In this document: piece after piece, positions 59,187 to 64,000 of the stretch
Numbering within the stretch: the stretch's first letter is position 1
Layout: each line of letters begins with the position of its first letter
Assembly: GCA_015232565.1 (NCBI GenBank)
Contig: JADFZK010000003.1
Span: forward strand, 64,540-128,539
Direction: 5' to 3'
Length of the DNA stretch: 64,000 nt
Source of the DNA: Candidatus Omnitrophota bacterium
Lineage (GTDB): Bacteria; Omnitrophota; Gorgyraeia; Zapsychrales; Fredricksoniimonadaceae
Notes under the pieces: model-generated
What the model saw: only the letters and a program-made list of their open reading frames with translations
Told to the model about the DNA's origin: nothing
Databases searched by the model: none
Program-made: the position numbers and the translations under genes

Positions 59187-59211
59187 TTTAATGTCCACAC
59201 TGGACATTAAA
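59187..59211. promoter_or_regulatory. Palindrome TTTAATGTCCA-CAC-TGGACATTAAA upstream of the HTH gene
   Basis: Perfect 11-3-11 inverted repeat, ~42 bp upstream of ATG 59145. Confidence 0.6.
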
Positions 59212-59279
59212 ATAATAACATAAAATCACGTCTCGCGCCATAAATGTATAAAAAATAAATATGATTATTTGCACGCATC

Positions 59280-59307
59280 GTAGGGGCACGGCATGCCGTG
59301 CCCCTAC
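59280..59307. repeat. GTAG-type REP, perfect 28-bp palindrome
   Basis: GTAGGGGCACGGCATGCCGTGCCCCTAC. Confidence 0.8.
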
Positions 59308-59508
59308 ATCGAGTGATCAAAATAACGGTTCAGGAATAATTAATGCATGCAGGGGCAAACGGCGGCCGACATCCCCAGTGAACTTGCTGGCTAGGCATCC
59401 TCGCCCTTCGAACTCGTCTGCTAGGGTGCGCTGTTCGACATGCTGGTAGGTTACCGCTTTTAAACCTGTTTCGGGCTATTCTGCCAGCAAGGAAACAAAA
59501 TTTGGCCA

Positions 59509-60264
59509 TCATTTGCCGACCAAATTGCGCTCAATCTCTCTAACCAAGGCATCCGGGAAACCCTTGATGATCAAATGCTGGTTAACCGGCAGAAACTGCT
59601 TCAGCTCATGCCTGAAATCGCGCCCTTCTTTCTTAACAGCGTTTATTAATTCCGCCTTCAAAGCCTTGTTTTTGGTAAAAACCGCCTGAAATGCCATCCG
59701 CCCGCGTAAAATAAAATATAGATCGTAGAAATCCCGCGCCTTGCCTCGTGTCAAACATGCCCGGATCTTCTCCCCCACCAGAATCTCCTCATCTAAATGA
59801 ATCAACGCAAAGGCAGGAACAAAATCAGACTGGATCAATGTGGCCGCGGCCAAGGCCGCGCCTCGAATCTTATTCTCTTTGCGTAAAGACACCTCTATCT
59901 GGATACGGCTGCTATATGCTCCGGTCCGGAAATCAAAGATCGCAAGATATCCACCAGTTGTTGCCTTTGACTCATCAATCCTGGTCTCGATCCCTGACTG
60001 CTCGATCTTCCCGAGCGTGTCTTCCATAGTGGCCTCAATGCCGCGAAGGCCCAAATTAACCCCAGTAAAATCCAGATCCTCCGAAAAACGGGGGCTCTGC
60101 CAGACTATACGCAGCGCGGTTCCCCCTTTAAAAAGGAATCCCTCCGACCCTTTTGCCTGATAAAGCTGAGCAAGGAATAGATGCTGGAAATATTCGCGAA
60201 TAACATTGTCGGCTGTCGTTTGATATCGCTCGGCAAGTTGCTGGATCAGTCTTTTTTCTATCAT
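59509..60264 (-). CDS. abiEii: AbiEii/AbiGii-family nucleotidyltransferase toxin (type IV TA)
   Basis: FLFKGGTALR, RFSEDLDF, EKIRA..R..ARDFYDLYF. Confidence 0.92.
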   Translation of the reverse strand: MIEKRLIQQLAERYQTTADNVIREYFQHLFLAQLYQAKGSEGFLFKGGTALRIVWQSPRFSEDLDFTGVNLGLRGIEATMEDTLGKIEQSGIETRIDESKATTGGYLAIFDFRTGAYSSRIQIEVSLRKENKIRGAALAAATLIQSDFVPAFALIHLDEEILVGEKIRACLTRGKARDFYDLYFILRGRMAFQAVFTKNKALKAELINAVKKEGRDFRHELKQFLPVNQHLIIKGFPDALVREIERNLVGK

Positions 60265-60272
60265 GAAGCTCC

Positions 60273-60929
60273 TTACATCTGAAGTTTTGCAGACAGAGGA
60301 ACGGAATCCTGCCCGCCCTGGATGGGCTGGCAGCAGGATAAAACCTCTTTAACCAGTTTAAGCAAACTCGGCCGGCCAAACAAAGCCGCATACTCCATAA
60401 CCATCTTTTTATTCAGCTTCCGTGTGTTCAATCGATCATTGTGACTTCTCAGTTTCAAATCCACAAAATAGTAGTAATCCACGAATGCCTTTTCGGGTTC
60501 GGCCATGAGAACCGTCGCCCCATCGATCTTTTCTGCCCTGTAACCGCGGTAAGCCTGTTTCTTGATACGTGCGTACTCAAAACTCTTATTGTTTACAGTG
60601 AATTCCCGGGTAACCCGGGTTGTGGCCGAGGTGATCGTATAAACTGTCTCTGGAATAATGCCCTGCCGGGCCATAGCGTATTCAAAAGAAATATAGCTGG
60701 GCGCATAAACCCGGTTAGCGATCTCCCCATCGGATGGCAACTCAATACGCAAAGCATACAGGCCATTGCGCATCTTCAAAAAAATATCCTGCGAATGGTC
60801 TTTAATAAACTCCTGGGCCGCCCGTAATGAGACAGAGAAAGTCCGCTGGAATTCAACCGGAGAAAACAGCCGGATTCCCTGGTCTTTCAAGACTTGCTGA
60901 ACAACTATAGGTTTAAGTTTTCGCTCCAT
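60273..60929 (-). CDS. abiEi: AbiEi-family antitoxin / transcriptional regulator
   Basis: RNGLY, PSYISFEYAM...GIIPE, MAEPEKAFVDY; directly upstream of the AbiEii gene. Confidence 0.88.
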   Translation of the reverse strand: MERKLKPIVVQQVLKDQGIRLFSPVEFQRTFSVSLRAAQEFIKDHSQDIFLKMRNGLYALRIELPSDGEIANRVYAPSYISFEYAMARQGIIPETVYTITSATTRVTREFTVNNKSFEYARIKKQAYRGYRAEKIDGATVLMAEPEKAFVDYYYFVDLKLRSHNDRLNTRKLNKKMVMEYAALFGRPSLLKLVKEVLSCCQPIQGGQDSVPLSAKLQM

Positions 60930-60999
60930 ATAGCGCTATAAGTAAAACCGCCTCCAAAGCAAGTATACCTGCCAATCATGAGAATTCAAGATTTTTTAA

Positions 61000-61533
61000 T
61001 CAACGCTTGGTGAGGCGGATCTGGTTTACTACCAGGGATCCGCGTAAAGAGGCGGAGATATCGGAATATTTTTCAGCATTCATGTCATCGATCCCAAAAT
61101 AACAGGGCGCGGCTTGCGCCAGGTAAATAAACTTGATAAAAGCGCTCCACTGGCCTTCCCAAACCACTTCGACCGAATGGACCTTGTAGAAACCCTTGTC
61201 CCGGGATGGGCGCGGCTGGATATTCACAATATGCACACCCGCCGCATTGGCCGCGAATTCCAGGCTGTCCACCATCTGGGAAGTTTCTTCGCCATCGGAA
61301 GCGGCTACCTTAATATGGGAGGCTATGACCTGGTAAACCGAGTCCAGGGCCCCTTCGCGCCCTACCACCGCCTTTACGTTCTGCAAACGCCGGCGCGCAG
61401 ACTCAATACGGGCGTCCAATTCCTCGGCCCGGTCGTGCGCCGGCAGGATAATGCCCCACACCAGCACATACACCCCCAGCAAAACCCCGCAAACCGCCAG
61501 AATAATCTTTTCACGCCCGGAAAGTTTCATCAC
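61000..61533 (-). CDS. PilO/GspM-like alignment-complex protein
   Basis: LSGREKIIL, one TM, coiled coil and a ferredoxin-like end (EGQWSAFIKFIY). Confidence 0.75.
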   Translation of the reverse strand: MMKLSGREKIILAVCGVLLGVYVLVWGIILPAHDRAEELDARIESARRRLQNVKAVVGREGALDSVYQVIASHIKVAASDGEETSQMVDSLEFAANAAGVHIVNIQPRPSRDKGFYKVHSVEVVWEGQWSAFIKFIYLAQAAPCYFGIDDMNAEKYSDISASLRGSLVVNQIRLTKR

Positions 61534-62945
61534 TTGACCACCCCGTCCTTGATCTGCAGTACGATCTTGAAGAAATTAACCTCGCCGCTGGCCTCAATGC
61601 GCTTGTTAACGAACTCCAGGCCCACCTTGCCAAACCAGCCCGAAGCCAGCAAAGCCTTCTGAAAGATATTAATATCCTCGTTGCGGATCGCCACCCCCTG
61701 AAGCACCATGGAATAACCCTGCGACAAAGACAAGGAAACCAGCGACATACCCGGAGGAATAGCCTGGTATATGGCCGCTATTACGTCGGCCACGAACAAA
61801 CGGTCGTTTATCAGCCCCGCCAGCAGGCGGATGCGCCCGGATTTTTCCTCCACTTTAGCGGCCTTGACCTTAAGATCAGCCGACTCATTCTCCAGCGCCT
61901 CCACGTACAAACCGCCCTTGACCCGCTCCACGCTGAAAACAGCTATAAGAGCCAGGAAAGCCAGGCCGCCAGCCAGCGCCAGGCGCCAGGCCATCGACCG
62001 GCGTTGGCGTTCCTGCGCACCCAGCTTTATCTCGTCGGGGATCAGGTCAAAACCCTTCTCGCGCGCCAGCGCCACGCCGATCAGGGCCGCCCGCGGCGCA
62101 TTATCCCGCCCGGGCGCCGGCTTGCCCTTCCACTGTACTTTACCGGCGGGAGCCTCCCAGTGCACCGGCAGGCCGAACGACTGTGTCAGCTCCTGGCAAA
62201 AAGACTCGTCCCTGACTTCGGGGGAAACCACCACAATAGACAACGCCGCCGGCCCGGACTTTTGCCGGGTATAATTCGCTAAAGTCATCTCCAACTGACG
62301 GATAAATCCCTGTATAGACCCGGCGGCCAGCTGGGTAAAACCCCAGTCCAGATAGCGGGAAGTAAAAACCTTGCCGCGGCCGCACACGCAAATTTCACAC
62401 TCGGCGTCCTGCAGATCGATCACGCAACTCGCCGCCTCCGGCGCCGCCACGCTAAAACGGGCACACCATTGCGCCAGGCCCCAGGAACTGAGCGTCATAT
62501 GTTTTAGAGGCACCCCGGCTCCGGCGCACGCCTGGATGACCCGCTGGTACTGCTCGCGCAACACTGCCGCCAGCACCACTCCGGTATATCCGGCCGGATA
62601 CCCGCCGGCATTGCCGTCGAGAGCCATAAAATCCAGCGCGATATCCTCGCGAGCATACGGCACCTGCTGGGCACACTGCAGTTCCACCATCCGGCGCAAT
62701 TCTTCCGGGTCGCGCGACGGCAGCACCAGCTGGCGCATTATTACGCTCTTGCGCGGGAACACCACCCACACCTCGGCCCCGGCCCGCATAAAGCCTTTGG
62801 ACCGCGCCAGCCCGACCAGCCCCGCCCCCGGGTCCGGCGCCGGGCCCGTCAGCTCCTGGACGGCCGAGAACACCACCGCGTCGCCGGACACCTGCAGTAC
62901 GCTTACCCGGGTGTCAGTTATCATGATGACCGTGCGTATCGTCAT
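61530..62945 (-). CDS. PilM-PilN fusion / GspL-like protein
   Basis: Actin-like N-domain (LPSRDPEELRRMVELQ...VPYAREDI..D, CVID), FDLIP, TM, coiled coil and a PilN-like end. Confidence 0.78.
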   Translation of the reverse strand: MTIRTVIMITDTRVSVLQVSGDAVVFSAVQELTGPAPDPGAGLVGLARSKGFMRAGAEVWVVFPRKSVIMRQLVLPSRDPEELRRMVELQCAQQVPYAREDIALDFMALDGNAGGYPAGYTGVVLAAVLREQYQRVIQACAGAGVPLKHMTLSSWGLAQWCARFSVAAPEAASCVIDLQDAECEICVCGRGKVFTSRYLDWGFTQLAAGSIQGFIRQLEMTLANYTRQKSGPAALSIVVVSPEVRDESFCQELTQSFGLPVHWEAPAGKVQWKGKPAPGRDNAPRAALIGVALAREKGFDLIPDEIKLGAQERQRRSMAWRLALAGGLAFLALIAVFSVERVKGGLYVEALENESADLKVKAAKVEEKSGRIRLLAGLINDRLFVADVIAAIYQAIPPGMSLVSLSLSQGYSMVLQGVAIRNEDINIFQKALLASGWFGKVGLEFVNKRIEASGEVNFFKIVLQIKDGVVK

Positions 62946-62949
62946 AAGA

Positions 62950-63948
62950 TCATTCCCTGTGCCATTCTTTTATCAGCGGCCAACTGTCGGAACTTTTCTT
63001 CTCGACCACCGCCTCCACCACGGCCTTCATGCCGGTATTCTCGTCGGTGCCAACCACCCGCACCCGCCATAAAGACTTGCCGATATTCAGGTCCGCGAAC
63101 GGATACTGCCGGGCAAACGCGCTGGCCGCCAACGCCTTGCCGTCGTCAAGAGTAAAAGGCAGGCCGTCCGGCCCGTCCCGCAAAACCGCCAGCTGACGCA
63201 TCAGGTCCCCGGCCGCCGCCCCCGAAGCCGAAGGGCTAAGCTGTGCGTAGAACGCCAGCGCCACATTATTGGATATGGTCGCCGAATTAAAATTCAACTG
63301 CGCCCCGGACTCTTTGGGGAAAACCGTCAGGAATTCCCGTATCCGCCCCAAGGCCTCCACCGTCATACCCTCGCAAACCAAAAGCTCGTCCACACTGTCG
63401 TAGGGCCGTTTTTTTAACTTGGCGTCCCCTGTGCCGGTAGCGCCCGCGTCGGCCCAGTTCACCGCGCAAGCCGCCGCCAGATTGGCCTGCGGGGCCGCCA
63501 GGCCGGCCTGGGTCAACAGCCCGACCAGGATCGCCATATTCCCGGCGTTGATGGCATTCAAATTCACCCGCCGGCCTTCGTCACTAAAACCATAGACCAC
63601 CCGCGCACTGCCATCGGCGGTATACCCGCGGGTCACATAAGCTATATCCGCCCGCGCCCGCGCCCCCACTTTTATATTCTTAAAGAAACTTTCCGGGTCT
63701 TCACCCTCGGTGTCTATCCCGCATAACGCCAGGCCGGCACATTTGGCATCGGAATGCGCCAGCAGGTTCAGGGCATAAGACATACCCGACCGGGCCGCCG
63801 CATACGCTTTTACCCGGCCGACGGCATTAGCCATGTACCACGCCTGCCCGCCGGTGTAACGGCCGATAGCCAGCGCCATCAGCGACAACAATATCATGGT
63901 CCACAGAACCGAAGCCAAAATTATTCCGGACTCGTCGCGGCGCATCAA
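62950..63948 (-). CDS. gspK: GspK-like minor pseudopilin
   Basis: SG/IILASVLWTMILLS, AYAAARSG, DEGRRVNLN, PYDSVDELL..GMT...IREFLTV. ATG at 63945 is the likelier start. Confidence 0.8.
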   Translation of the reverse strand: MMRRDESGIILASVLWTMILLSLMALAIGRYTGGQAWYMANAVGRVKAYAAARSGMSYALNLLAHSDAKCAGLALCGIDTEGEDPESFFKNIKVGARARADIAYVTRGYTADGSARVVYGFSDEGRRVNLNAINAGNMAILVGLLTQAGLAAPQANLAAACAVNWADAGATGTGDAKLKKRPYDSVDELLVCEGMTVEALGRIREFLTVFPKESGAQLNFNSATISNNVALAFYAQLSPSASGAAAGDLMRQLAVLRDGPDGLPFTLDDGKALAASAFARQYPFADLNIGKSLWRVRVVGTDENTGMKAVVEAVVEKKSSDSWPLIKEWHRE

Positions 63949-64000
63949 GGCCCCGCCATATCATCTTTAAGCCGTTCCGCCGCGCTGGCCCGCAACCGGT

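Noticed and set aside
63946-64000. 3' end of an upstream pseudopilin gene (gspJ-like)
   Set aside because: Too short to fix the frame or identity.

Overview
All confidently called genes are on the minus strand. About 73% of the window (46913 down to the left edge) is one open reading frame of at least 15,637 codons, which the ORF track omits because it has no stop inside the window. Almost all track ORFs in 1-46.9 kb are its antisense or off-frame shadows. Hand translation gives this order: signal-like helix, C39 peptidase, Gly/Ala hydrophobic helices, beta-rich region, second hydrophobic bundle, Pro/Ala linker, SecA-like SF2 ATPase 1, HExxH motif, GNAT-like domain, internal lipobox, SLT-like transglycosylase, M23 peptidase, SecA-like ATPase 2, internal signal-like segments, clan GH-A hydrolase, probable six-hairpin glycosidase, multi-TM bundle and a processive GT2 glycan synthase, continuing off-window. 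Upstream are a repeat-rich intergenic region, tadC, tadB and 11 class III signal (Flp/TadE/TadG-like) genes, one an unlisted 50-aa gene. Beyond these lie an HTH protein with transposase-like remnants, an AbiEi/AbiEii pair and T2SS/T4P-like pilO/gspM, pilMN/gspL and gspK genes. This layout resembles the giant-gene loci known from Omnitrophota (OP3); the taxon is inferred. Domain calls come from motifs read by eye and need HMM or structure confirmation.
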